A stretch of DNA of 29,154 nt from positions 1 to 29,154 of IMG/VR virus record IMGVR_UViG_3300042196_000047; one strand, written 5' to 3'. A program made the position numbers and the translations under genes. Shown here in pieces: positions 15,803-24,509 of the stretch. The DNA is from a virus (Duplodnaviria > Caudoviricetes). Positions within the stretch are counted from its first letter, which is position 1; each line of letters opens with the position of its first letter. A model generated the notes under the pieces. The model was not told the DNA's origin. It ran no database searches and saw only the letters and a list, made by a program, of their open reading frames with translations.

Positions 15803-18312
15803 AAAGGTGGATTGGGTGGATTTTGGCATTGATGATGGTAATGGCGATCGCCATTCCATCGATGGCTGAGGAATTCTTCCCGCCTCCGGGGGACGGGAAG
15901 GGAGTAATAGGAGGCAGGCACGAAGAGGCGTGGAGGATGGGGGTATTCGACCAGTTGACGTTCAAGGAGATAGCAGACCCGGCCATCACCCCCAGCGCCA
16001 ACACCGGAAGGCTATACGCCAAGGACAATGGAGCACTAACCCAAATTTACTGGGAGGACAATGCGGGGACGGTAACTAACCTGATAACCGCAGGGGCTAC
16101 GGCGTGGGACGACGTGGGGGACCCTGACGCCAATACTTCGATTACGATGGCGGGGTACACGACCACGTGGACCAGCACCCTCGACAACGGCACGATGTTT
16201 AAGATTGACAACACCGATGCCGACCTTGCCGCCGACACCATTCTACTGGCACTTGAATTTACCGATGATGGGGATGCAAACGGAATATTTCTGAGGTGCA
16301 CGGACGCAAACGGGACTACGGTGTTCAACATTGGTGCTGATGGGGCTACTACTATCACCGGGACCGCGGAGGGGACTAATGCCCTCGTTATTACGGGAGG
16401 GGATATCACTATCACTGACGGGGATGTAGTGCTATCGAGCGGAGACATCAATGTAACCGGCAATTTGACCGTCAGTGGAACCACTTCACTCGGAACAATT
16501 ACGATGGATGCCGTTGCTGCTTCTACTGCGGGGGCAACCATCACTATCGACGGCAAGACCACAGGGGGAGTGAATATTGGATCGCTAAGCACCGGGGGCA
16601 TTACCCTCAGTCGCACCACCACCATGGCGGACGGAACCGACCTCACCATAGGGGAAGGTATACTGACTATTGATAACGATCAGGTGAATGAGACTGCACT
16701 CACCATTACTAGTGACGCGGCGGCTTCCGGTGGGGGAATCAGCGTTACATCGCTAGTCACCACGGCGGGCGCATATGCAGTTAAGGTAGTGGCGGACTCC
16801 GTAACCACAGGGGACGTGCTATATCTGGAATCGTCCGCAGCCGGGATGACCACAGGCAATTTTATCAACGCATACAATGGGGCGGCTACGGTATTCGAGG
16901 TGGGGCTGAATGGGGTCACTACAATAGCTGGCGCCGCATCCGCCGATGCTCTGATTGTTACGGCGGGCGACGTTCAACTTACCGCAGGCGACATTGACAT
17001 TGACCTTGGCATCATCACTATCGACAACACGGCCGATGAGGGGAACACCATTAAGAGGAACAACGCCACTGGCACGGCAGCAGTATTGGAGATTGAACAG
17101 ACTCACGCAACCGGGGGCATAGCGCTTCTGGTTGACACCAAGAACGCCACTGCCAATGAATATGCCATTGACATCACGTCGTCTGGGGCTACTCAGATTC
17201 ATTTTACTGCTAATGGTGCAGCCGGGGACGGGATGCTGTACGACGCAACGAATGCATGGACTGGGCAGGCACTCGTAATTGATGCGGGTCCATGGTTAGG
17301 GACCGCCGGGGAGGGGGCGGGTTTCCAATTTACTTCCGATAATGCTGCCACCTCCGAGGCGGGTACGGTAATAAGAATCAAATTGCAAGGCACAGGGGTT
17401 GATGCTGCTGCCATCGATGGCAAGGGGTTATATATTGAGGATGAGGCAGCTGCAACCGCAGGATCATACTTGGTCAAACTTGATACGTTGGCCAACACCG
17501 CCCTTCATATAAGTAATGCCGGGGCGGCTGCCGATGGAATTAAGATTGACGTGGCCGACAGCTACACAGGACAGGGATTAGTGGCAGACCTGGGGCCATG
17601 GTTGGGAACATCAGGTGAAGGATTCATTAATATTACATCAGACAATGCAGCCACAGTACCCGCCGGTCAGTTCATTCGGATGAGGCAACTCGGGACGGGA
17701 CAGCACGCAGCAGCAATCGCAGGAACAATGTTGTATATGGAGGACGACGCGACAGCCCCGGCGGCTGGTACTTCCTACGTTCTTAATATTGATGCCACCA
17801 ACATTGAGGCCATCCACGTCGATACAGGAAAAGTGCTGGTGGATGAGACAGTGACGGCTACGGGCGGAGTAAGTGCTGGTAATGCAGCCGACAGCTTCAT
17901 TTACACCGACACTGTGGAACTCAGTAACGTCAATATTAAGGCATTGAGAGCCACTCCTATAACGCTAGTTGCGGCCCCCGGCGCAGCCAATATTGTGGAA
18001 GTGATTAGCGTAGTACTGATTCTGGATTACGGAACAAACGTGCTGACCGAATCCGCCGACAATTTGGTGGTGGAATACGCGAGCGGTCAGGACATCACGG
18101 CAGCAATAGAAATGACAGGATTTATTGATCAGGCGGCAGACCAGATGGCATTCATTCTGCCTGCTGGCATCGCCACCATGACGGCGGCCAACGCATTAAA
18201 CGATGCCGTCCAAATTTTCAATACCGGGGATGGTGAAATTGCCGGTAATGCTGCGAACGACACCACCATGACGGTCAAGATCAGTTATAGGATTCATGCG
18301 GCAGGACTATAA
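15799..18312 (+). CDS. 837-aa beta-rich fibre-like protein with N-terminal signal peptide and internal repeats
   Basis: MKRWIGWILALMMVMAIAIPSMA/EE is signal-peptide-like; Thr/Ala/Gly/Asp-rich; two pairs of internal repeats. Confidence 0.75.
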   Translation: MKRWIGWILALMMVMAIAIPSMAEEFFPPPGDGKGVIGGRHEEAWRMGVFDQLTFKEIADPAITPSANTGRLYAKDNGALTQIYWEDNAGTVTNLITAGATAWDDVGDPDANTSITMAGYTTTWTSTLDNGTMFKIDNTDADLAADTILLALEFTDDGDANGIFLRCTDANGTTVFNIGADGATTITGTAEGTNALVITGGDITITDGDVVLSSGDINVTGNLTVSGTTSLGTITMDAVAASTAGATITIDGKTTGGVNIGSLSTGGITLSRTTTMADGTDLTIGEGILTIDNDQVNETALTITSDAAASGGGISVTSLVTTAGAYAVKVVADSVTTGDVLYLESSAAGMTTGNFINAYNGAATVFEVGLNGVTTIAGAASADALIVTAGDVQLTAGDIDIDLGIITIDNTADEGNTIKRNNATGTAAVLEIEQTHATGGIALLVDTKNATANEYAIDITSSGATQIHFTANGAAGDGMLYDATNAWTGQALVIDAGPWLGTAGEGAGFQFTSDNAATSEAGTVIRIKLQGTGVDAAAIDGKGLYIEDEAAATAGSYLVKLDTLANTALHISNAGAAADGIKIDVADSYTGQGLVADLGPWLGTSGEGFINITSDNAATVPAGQFIRMRQLGTGQHAAAIAGTMLYMEDDATAPAAGTSYVLNIDATNIEAIHVDTGKVLVDETVTATGGVSAGNAADSFIYTDTVELSNVNIKALRATPITLVAAPGAANIVEVISVVLILDYGTNVLTESADNLVVEYASGQDITAAIEMTGFIDQAADQMAFILPAGIATMTAANALNDAVQIFNTGDGEIAGNAANDTTMTVKISYRIHAAGL

Positions 18313-18346
18313 GAAGTTAACCCTTAACCAAGAGGAGGAATGAATT

Positions 18347-18613
18347 ATGAAGAAATTACTAGCGGTACTGATGATCGTGGCGGTGATGGGGGCAACGATG
18401 GCAATGGCCGCCGACCCCCAGCCCGCATCGGAGTCCAAGGAAGTGATAGTGCTCAGGATTGAAAACCTTAAACTCAAACTCCGAAACCTGGAGTTGCAAT
18501 TCCAGGCACTGCCACAGTATCAGGATGTAGTAAAGCAGATAGTGGCGGCGGAGGCGAAACTAAAGGCGATGGAGCCGAAGAAGGAAGCACCAAAGCCAGA
18601 GGGAAAGAAATAA
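18347..18613 (+). CDS. small coiled-coil protein with signal peptide
   Basis: MKKLLAVLMIVAVMGATMAMA/AD; heptad pattern in LRIENLKLKLRNLELQF; GAGGAGG RBS. Confidence 0.75.
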   Translation: MKKLLAVLMIVAVMGATMAMAADPQPASESKEVIVLRIENLKLKLRNLELQFQALPQYQDVVKQIVAAEAKLKAMEPKKEAPKPEGKK

Positions 18614-18852
18614 TGGAGGGAGTTATGGCACCAACAGGACCTTCTAAAAAGGAGCAGGAAAAGTATCAGGCCGAGGACGATGCCCGTACTATGCAGCGTA
18701 TGGGGGAAATAATGGGGGATTCGGGGCGGCACGGAAGGGCCAAGAAGAAGATGGACGAGATAATGGCCGACATGGAGAAATCCAGGAAGGCCATGGAGAT
18801 GATGAAGGGCGCTAAGTTGGGGTACAGGAACACCCCCAAGGAGGATAAATGA
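18613..18852 (+). CDS. small charged protein, putative internal head protein
   Basis: AEDDARTM...EI..D..R motif; ends LGYRNTPKEDK. Confidence 0.7.
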   Translation: MEGVMAPTGPSKKEQEKYQAEDDARTMQRMGEIMGDSGRHGRAKKKMDEIMADMEKSRKAMEMMKGAKLGYRNTPKEDK

Positions 18853-19310
18853 TAAGGTTGGCTTCCCCCGATGACCTGATATTGGTGGCCCTCCTGTGGG
18901 AGGATATGATCAGGGAGGAATTCCACAACGGAATTTCCCCGGACCCGATCTCGTGGAGGCGCATATTCTCGGATAGGATGATGAACAATGAAAATTTCAC
19001 CATGCTGGTGGATGAGAACGGGGAAGGGATAGTAGGGTACATATCGGGGGAGGTGTACCCGGAACCCGCAGATGGGAAGGTGCACGGGATATCGCAGAGC
19101 ATCTACGTCAAGCCCCCATACCGAAACGGTCGCGTGGGATTGAGCCTGTACCACAGCCTAGCCAAGGTATTCGTCGGGCAGGGAGCGCAGGTGATCGAAT
19201 TCCTGTGCAAGCCCGACCGCATTCCATTTTGGAACAAGAAGGGGTATGAATGCAAGTCAGTAGTAATGTCAATGAACGCCAGGGAATTGAGTAAGGCATA
19301 CGGAGGGTAG
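18849..19310 (+). CDS. GNAT-family acetyltransferase
   Basis: IRLA..DD; IVGY; IYVKPPYRNGRVG..L motif A; FW.K.GY. Confidence 0.8.
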   Translation: MIRLASPDDLILVALLWEDMIREEFHNGISPDPISWRRIFSDRMMNNENFTMLVDENGEGIVGYISGEVYPEPADGKVHGISQSIYVKPPYRNGRVGLSLYHSLAKVFVGQGAQVIEFLCKPDRIPFWNKKGYECKSVVMSMNARELSKAYGG

Positions 19311-19311
19311 T

Positions 19312-19488
19312 ATGGCAGAGAAAAAGAAGACCGAATTTGAGAAAGAGTTGGAGTCCCTATCCGACGACGATTTAGGCACAATGTCGGAAGGAGCTCCTAG
19401 TAATACTTTCATAAAGGCCGAGGTAAAGAGAAGGAAGGAGAAAAGTAAAGGGGGACTGGACTACAAGAAGTCCCCAAAGGAGGAATAG
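19312..19488 (+). CDS. 58-aa charged protein, putative internal head protein
   Basis: Below the track cut-off: MAEKKKTEFEKELESLSDDDL...GLDYKKSPKEE; GGAGG RBS. Confidence 0.7.
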   Translation: MAEKKKTEFEKELESLSDDDLGTMSEGAPSNTFIKAEVKRRKEKSKGGLDYKKSPKEE

Positions 19489-19489
19489 A

Positions 19490-19654
19490 TTGCCAGCTGA
19501 ATTTGAGAGATGCGTGAAGGATGGAGGGAGAGTGAGGACCGTGAGCGGACCCAACAAGAAGTATGGAGTGGGAAAGGGACAATATGTCCACTTCTGCTTC
19601 AAGGGGGGGAAGAGCTACAGAGGAGAGGTCAAGACTAAGGAAGTCAAAAAATAA
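19490..19654 (+). CDS. 54-aa basic protein
   Basis: AAGGAGG then TTG: MPAEFERCVKDGGRVRTVSGPNKKYG...YVHFCFKGGKSYRGEVKTKEVKK. Confidence 0.65.
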   Translation: MPAEFERCVKDGGRVRTVSGPNKKYGVGKGQYVHFCFKGGKSYRGEVKTKEVKK

Positions 19655-19670
19655 GAAGGAGGATGCGACT

Positions 19671-20420
19671 ATGGCAGGAGAAGGAACTGGCGAAGGGAAA
19701 GAAACCGGAGGCGGAACCGGACAGGATCAGAAACCGGCGTGGATTGCGCAATTGCCCGACGACCTAAAGGGTAACGAAACCTTTACCCCATTCAAGACGC
19801 TTGGCGATTTCGGCAAGGCTCATCTTGAGACGGCGGGGAAGGTAAAGGATCTGGAGGGGAAGGCGGCGAAGACGGCGGATCTGGAGGCAAAGCTTGCGAA
19901 ATCCATTCCCAAGCTTGCTGACGATTCCACCGACGAGGAAAAGGAAGTGTTTTGGCACTCCCTGGGGATGCCGGAGAAGCCGGAGGAATATGAACTCCCG
20001 GACCCGGCGGATGGGGAGAAGGACCCCATAATGGATAAGTGGGCCAGAACCACTTTCCACAAAGCCCATTTGAGCAAGGAGCAGGCGACTCTGATGGGGA
20101 CCGAGTGGAACCAGTTCACGGTGGCGTACAATGCGGCCATCGCGAAGCAGGAGCAGGAAGCCCTCGCGGAGGAAATGAAAACAATGAAGGCCGAGATGGG
20201 GGACAAGTACGATGCCAACGTGGAGATGGGGAAGAGGTTCTTCAAGAAGGTAATGGAAGTGGATTTCAACGATAAGACTCCGGTCAACACGGCAACGCTT
20301 CTTAAGTTCGTCATAAAGGCCGGGAGGTTGATGGGGGAGGACACAAGTCCCTCAGGGGCTGGGGGAGGAAAAGGAGACAACAAACCTGGACTGACCTATA
20401 GCAAGTCCCCCAAGGATTAA
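19671..20420 (+). CDS. capsid scaffolding/assembly protein
   Basis: AAGGAGG before ATG 19671; W..QLP.DLK, LG.PEKPEEY, LS.EQA motifs; directly upstream of the major capsid gene. Confidence 0.8.
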   Translation: MAGEGTGEGKETGGGTGQDQKPAWIAQLPDDLKGNETFTPFKTLGDFGKAHLETAGKVKDLEGKAAKTADLEAKLAKSIPKLADDSTDEEKEVFWHSLGMPEKPEEYELPDPADGEKDPIMDKWARTTFHKAHLSKEQATLMGTEWNQFTVAYNAAIAKQEQEALAEEMKTMKAEMGDKYDANVEMGKRFFKKVMEVDFNDKTPVNTATLLKFVIKAGRLMGEDTSPSGAGGGKGDNKPGLTYSKSPKD

Positions 20421-20451
20421 CATCGCACTCGCACCAAACGGCGGGGCGATG
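20421..20451 (+). other. intergenic hairpin before the capsid RBS
   Basis: CATCGC-A-CTCGC...GCGGG-GCGATG. Confidence 0.45.
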
Positions 20452-20475
20452 AACGCTAAAAGGAGGTAATAACAC

Positions 20476-21477
20476 ATGGCCGAAATAGAGCTTTCAACGT
20501 ATTACACAATGGTGGACATCGCCAACGAGTACGCCGATAAGGAATTACTCTTTATTGCCAACACGTTGGCACGAACCAACGACATTCTGCAGGATGCTCC
20601 ATATCAGGAGGCCAATCAGCAGTTCAGCCACAAGGGCGCGCAGGATGCATCACTCCCCTCCCCCGGATTCCGTACGTTCAACGCCGGGGTTCCGTCGTCC
20701 ACGGCGAAGAGTCGGCCAATCCTTGAATCTCTGGCCATCGCCGAGGATTACGCCGAAGTTGATTATGAGGAATACAGGCTGCAGGCCAAGAAGGAACAGT
20801 GGAGACAGCGCAAGGACGCCAAGCATATCGAGGGGATGGGACAGAAGATTGCAACGACCGTGTTCTATGGGGATCTGGGAACTGACCCTGCATCGTTCAA
20901 GGGGTTCTCCAATAGGTTTAATCTGTCCACGACTCGCCCGAACGGGGATAGCACTCAGCCATATAATGTTCAGTTGAACGGGGGTAGCGGTAGCGACACT
21001 ACCAGCATTTGGGTCATCGAGTGGGATCCAGATGAATGTACTCTTTTATTCCCTCGCAATACCAAGGCGGGGATCGAATTTGAGGACCTTGGGAAGGTGA
21101 CCAAGGAATTGAGTACCGGATACAAGTACGAAGTGCTTCGCTCCCATTTCATTTGGAGATGCGGGATATTCGTGAGCGACGACCGCAGGGTGCAGCGAGT
21201 GGCCAACATCGAGACTGCGGGGACCGACAACATCTTCGACGAGGACAAGATTATTGACGCCATCCTTCGGACCCCAAGCAGAGGAAAGAACAAGGCGGCA
21301 ATCAAAATCTACGTTAACCTTACCATCATGAGTCAGATGTGGAAGCGGTTCAAGGACAAAAACAATGTTCATTACATGTCCAGGGAAGGGTTGCTGGGAC
21401 AGCAAGTGTTGGACCTGAATGGCATCCCAGTCCGAATGTGTGATGCTATTGTGGACACCGAGACCGCCATCAGCTAA
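20476..21477 (+). CDS. major capsid protein (BPP-1 Bbp17-like, HK97 fold)
   Basis: L...NDIL.D.P..EAN, LP...FR..N.GV, FYGD....P..F.G...RFN, TSIW, RVANI, GIPVR.CDAI..TE. Confidence 0.9.
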   Translation: MAEIELSTYYTMVDIANEYADKELLFIANTLARTNDILQDAPYQEANQQFSHKGAQDASLPSPGFRTFNAGVPSSTAKSRPILESLAIAEDYAEVDYEEYRLQAKKEQWRQRKDAKHIEGMGQKIATTVFYGDLGTDPASFKGFSNRFNLSTTRPNGDSTQPYNVQLNGGSGSDTTSIWVIEWDPDECTLLFPRNTKAGIEFEDLGKVTKELSTGYKYEVLRSHFIWRCGIFVSDDRRVQRVANIETAGTDNIFDEDKIIDAILRTPSRGKNKAAIKIYVNLTIMSQMWKRFKDKNNVHYMSREGLLGQQVLDLNGIPVRMCDAIVDTETAIS

Positions 21478-21512
21478 GAGGGCGCAAAATTCTGCAACAA
21501 GGAGGTAGGACA

Positions 21513-21896
21513 ATGTTACTTGACAATATTCTTGCTTTCAGCACCGACCAGGACCTCTCCGGGTTGAGCGCGGCCATGGACTCCGAGAACTTCCCCTTGG
21601 ATACGGGGGTAGTGGATCCCAATTTGGGAAAGGGTGGAGAGATCGGAGTTATGTTGATTGTGAAGACGGCCTTCGCCGGGGGAACTGATTTAAATTTCGT
21701 TGTGTACCATGGGGCGTCGTCCGCTAACGCCATCCTGATTTCTTCCCCCCAATTTCTCCAAGCCGTCCTGGTGAAAGGGTTCACGTATTTTCTCCCCCTC
21801 CCCAGGGATTGCTCCAGATACCTTGGGGTCACTTATAATCAGACGGGGGACTTCACAGCCGGGGTAGTGGACTGCTACCTGACGGTGAAACAATAA
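21513..21896 (+). CDS. capsid cement protein (Bbp16-like)
   Basis: M.LD..L.FS..Q...S.N..., RYLGV.Y...G.FTAG.V..YL; follows the major capsid gene. Confidence 0.8.
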   Translation: MLLDNILAFSTDQDLSGLSAAMDSENFPLDTGVVDPNLGKGGEIGVMLIVKTAFAGGTDLNFVVYHGASSANAILISSPQFLQAVLVKGFTYFLPLPRDCSRYLGVTYNQTGDFTAGVVDCYLTVKQ

Positions 21897-21903
21897 CAAT
21901 GGG

Positions 21904-21942
21904 GAAGGGTAGGTAGGGCATGCCTACCCTTCTACTTTTATT
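21904..21942 (+). terminator. intrinsic terminator after the capsid/cement genes
   Basis: GAAGGGTAGG...CCTACCCTTC followed by TACTTTTATT. Confidence 0.75.
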
Positions 21943-21960
21943 AGAGAAGGAGGAGTAATT

Positions 21961-22248
21961 ATGAGTAGAGCATCATATCAATGTGTAAGGCCGTGCTTCT
22001 TCCAGGGGAGGCTGTGGGAGATAGGAACGGTGGCCGCCTTTGCAGATGGGGAATGGCCAAAGGGAAAGGACGGGAAGATGAGACACTTCGTCCTCATTGA
22101 TCAGCCGTCCCCTCCCGCCCCCATAGAGGAGTCCGGGAAGACGGGTGAGTCCCCTCCGGAACCCACGAAGAATAAAGGTATTGATTTAGAGGATGAAGAC
22201 CGGGTGTTTCCTCAAAAGAGATCCCCTAAGCCCAAGAAGGCTAAGTAG
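21961..22248 (+). CDS. hypothetical protein
   Basis: AGGAGG RBS; Y.C.R.CFF..RLW..G pattern; Pro/Lys-rich tail. Confidence 0.7.
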   Translation: MSRASYQCVRPCFFQGRLWEIGTVAAFADGEWPKGKDGKMRHFVLIDQPSPPAPIEESGKTGESPPEPTKNKGIDLEDEDRVFPQKRSPKPKKAK

Positions 22249-22263
22249 CCGGAATGAGATAAG

Positions 22264-22316
22264 GGGCGGGCGGGCCGGGGGATTCCCTCCTCATCTCTCG
22301 CCCGCCCGAATTTATT
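22264..22316 (+). terminator. possible terminator/attenuator hairpin
   Basis: GGGCGGGCGGG...CTCGCCCGCCC followed by GAATTTATT; long loop. Confidence 0.45.
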
Positions 22317-22332
22317 ATACGGAGGCGGCACG

Positions 22333-23340
22333 ATGAGTTACTCTAAGCTTGGTATCATCAATCTTATGCTGTCCAAGATTGGGGACGCAAGGGTAGAGGA
22401 CATAACTGAGGACACGGAGCAGAGGATAGCGGCCACCGACGTGTGGGATTATATATTAGATGAAGTGATGGGGGATGTATGCCCGCCATTCTCCCGATTC
22501 CGGGTGCGCATGCTCAGGATGGATGTGATCCCCGCCTTCGGGTTCAGTTATGCCTACGCCATCCCGGATGGATTCCTAAAATTCGTCAAGCCCGCCAAGG
22601 ACAGACCTAGTATTTACCCCAACACCCTCGATCCAGATGCATACCCACACATTATTCAGTCTCTCATGGTTCCATCGGGTCTGGAGAAGATAACCAATGG
22701 TGCATTCACGGGGGCGGCCACCAATTGGACCTTGGGTGCACAATGGTCGTACGGGACTAATAATGTGTCTAAGGTGGCCGGTGGAGTGAGTACGTTGTCC
22801 CAGGATGCCTCCGATATGGTGTCGATACCAGTAATAGACGAGACGTATTTACTATCCCTAGACGTAGATGGACTAGATGGGGGTAATCTTATTCCCACGT
22901 TGGGTGGGGCAGTAGGGATGCCGATAGGGCAGGACGGAGTGGGAATAGAGCAGTATATTACCGCCATAGACGCCACCGGGCTTATTCTTACCCCATCCGC
23001 ATCCGGGGTAGTGTGCGACGTGGACAACGCCAGCGTCCTGAAATGCTCGGAAATACTGGCCATGTATATTGACTACGCGGACTCCGATGAGCAGCCTATG
23101 TACGTTAATATGATAAGGAAAGTGACAGATGTTACCAGGTTCACCCCTCAATTCATCAATGCGTTGGCATTCAGGGGGGCGGCAGAACTGGCTCTAAAAA
23201 TTACGGAGGGAATGGCTAAATATCAGGCTATGATGAACTTGTATGGGACGGCAAAGGCTAAGGCCATGGCCGAGGCCCAATCCATGGAGAACGTAAAAGG
23301 GGAGACCGGGGCGAGTAGCTGGGAGGACGCCGGACGCTGA
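22333..23340 (+). CDS. tail adaptor (tail tubular protein A-like) with inserted jelly-roll domain
   Basis: I.N..L..IG...; P.FGF.YAY..P..FL; VTD...F.P.F..ALA...A.ELA; ~120-aa insert from ITNGAF to DNASV. Confidence 0.8.
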   Translation: MSYSKLGIINLMLSKIGDARVEDITEDTEQRIAATDVWDYILDEVMGDVCPPFSRFRVRMLRMDVIPAFGFSYAYAIPDGFLKFVKPAKDRPSIYPNTLDPDAYPHIIQSLMVPSGLEKITNGAFTGAATNWTLGAQWSYGTNNVSKVAGGVSTLSQDASDMVSIPVIDETYLLSLDVDGLDGGNLIPTLGGAVGMPIGQDGVGIEQYITAIDATGLILTPSASGVVCDVDNASVLKCSEILAMYIDYADSDEQPMYVNMIRKVTDVTRFTPQFINALAFRGAAELALKITEGMAKYQAMMNLYGTAKAKAMAEAQSMENVKGETGASSWEDAGR

Positions 23341-24506
23341 TGGGAAGAAAAACCCCTCTCATGAATGATTTCCGATCGGGTGAGATGACGCCGGGGCTGG
23401 GAACCCGCTCCGACCTGAAAGCATACGATAAGGGATGCATAGTAATGGAGAACTGCATGCCCCTGGTGGAGGGGGGAATAGAAAGGGTGTCGGGGTCCCG
23501 CTTCGTTCGCACCGCCAAATTGACTGAGGAGGGGTGGAGCCTCAGAATAACGAGAAGTGGGGATGGGGATGGAGACGTGGACAGCGACCCGGTTGGGATT
23601 GACTGCGGCCCCACCTGTTACACATTTTTCATTGATGGGACCTCGGTGGAACTTACGGCTACGCCCGATGCCGAAAATGAATTCATTAAGTGGACTGGGG
23701 ATGGAACGGGAACCCCCGTGCGCACAGTTGTAATGAACGGAAACAAAGTAGTGAATGCAGAATTTTCATCCATTCCATTGAGTGGCAATCTTGTTGGGTG
23801 GTATAAGTTTGATGAAGGGTCGGGGGCCACGGTAATAAATCATGCTACTGGTGGATTGGCCGGAGGAGGATTATTCCCCAATCTTACAGTTTTAAATCCG
23901 GGAGGGGATTTTTGGACATTTTTATCAGGATTTGGTTCTACCCCAAGATTGAGCACTAATATTAATTATGCAAGAGGGGCCTTTGCTCCCACAAGGACGA
24001 TAGGCGGTAGTGCCAATGGTTATTTTACCTTTGGGCTTTTTTTCAAACATAGAACGATTCCTCCGGGTGTGGGGGGGGTTAGAATAGCTTCAATAGGTGC
24101 GGATACTATTACGTTTGCAAGTGCATGGAATGGGAGTGCTTATACGTCTACTCAATTTTTAAAAGGTTCCCCCGCTTCTATCTTAGCTAATATTCCTGGA
24201 TACGCGGGTGGTGAATGGTGGTTTTTATTCATTTCCAATGACGGAAAAATGTCAAGAGTAAGAGCAAATGGCACAAAAGACAAAGGTGCGTTGGTGGCAG
24301 GAGGATGGCCGAACGCTTCACCCGGTTTGCAAGGAATGAATATAGGAGCATTTTATAACTGGCTTGACCCTGCAAGTTTGGGTGCTCAAGGTTCATACGG
24401 CGATTCAATTTTTTATAACTTTACAACCCTAACTGATGCTCAATGGGCAATCTGGTATGACCGACTAAGGTCACGGTACGGAATGGCTGCAAGGAGCGGG
24501 TGGTGA
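23340..24506 (+). CDS. chimeric tail protein: nozzle-like N-terminus + InlB B-repeat-like domain + LamG/ConA-like domain
   Basis: First ~56 aa align with the N-terminus of the next gene; IDCGPTC...V.LTATPD...F..WTG; LVGWYKFDEGSG. Confidence 0.7.
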   Translation: MGRKTPLMNDFRSGEMTPGLGTRSDLKAYDKGCIVMENCMPLVEGGIERVSGSRFVRTAKLTEEGWSLRITRSGDGDGDVDSDPVGIDCGPTCYTFFIDGTSVELTATPDAENEFIKWTGDGTGTPVRTVVMNGNKVVNAEFSSIPLSGNLVGWYKFDEGSGATVINHATGGLAGGGLFPNLTVLNPGGDFWTFLSGFGSTPRLSTNINYARGAFAPTRTIGGSANGYFTFGLFFKHRTIPPGVGGVRIASIGADTITFASAWNGSAYTSTQFLKGSPASILANIPGYAGGEWWFLFISNDGKMSRVRANGTKDKGALVAGGWPNASPGLQGMNIGAFYNWLDPASLGAQGSYGDSIFYNFTTLTDAQWAIWYDRLRSRYGMAARSGW

Positions 24507-24509
24507 CGT

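Noticed and set aside
19563-19670. Scaffold start at 19563
   Set aside because: Overlaps the 19490-19654 gene; the strong RBS is at ATG 19671.
23760-24506. DGR variable region, as in BPP-1
   Set aside because: No template repeat or reverse transcriptase seen in the window.
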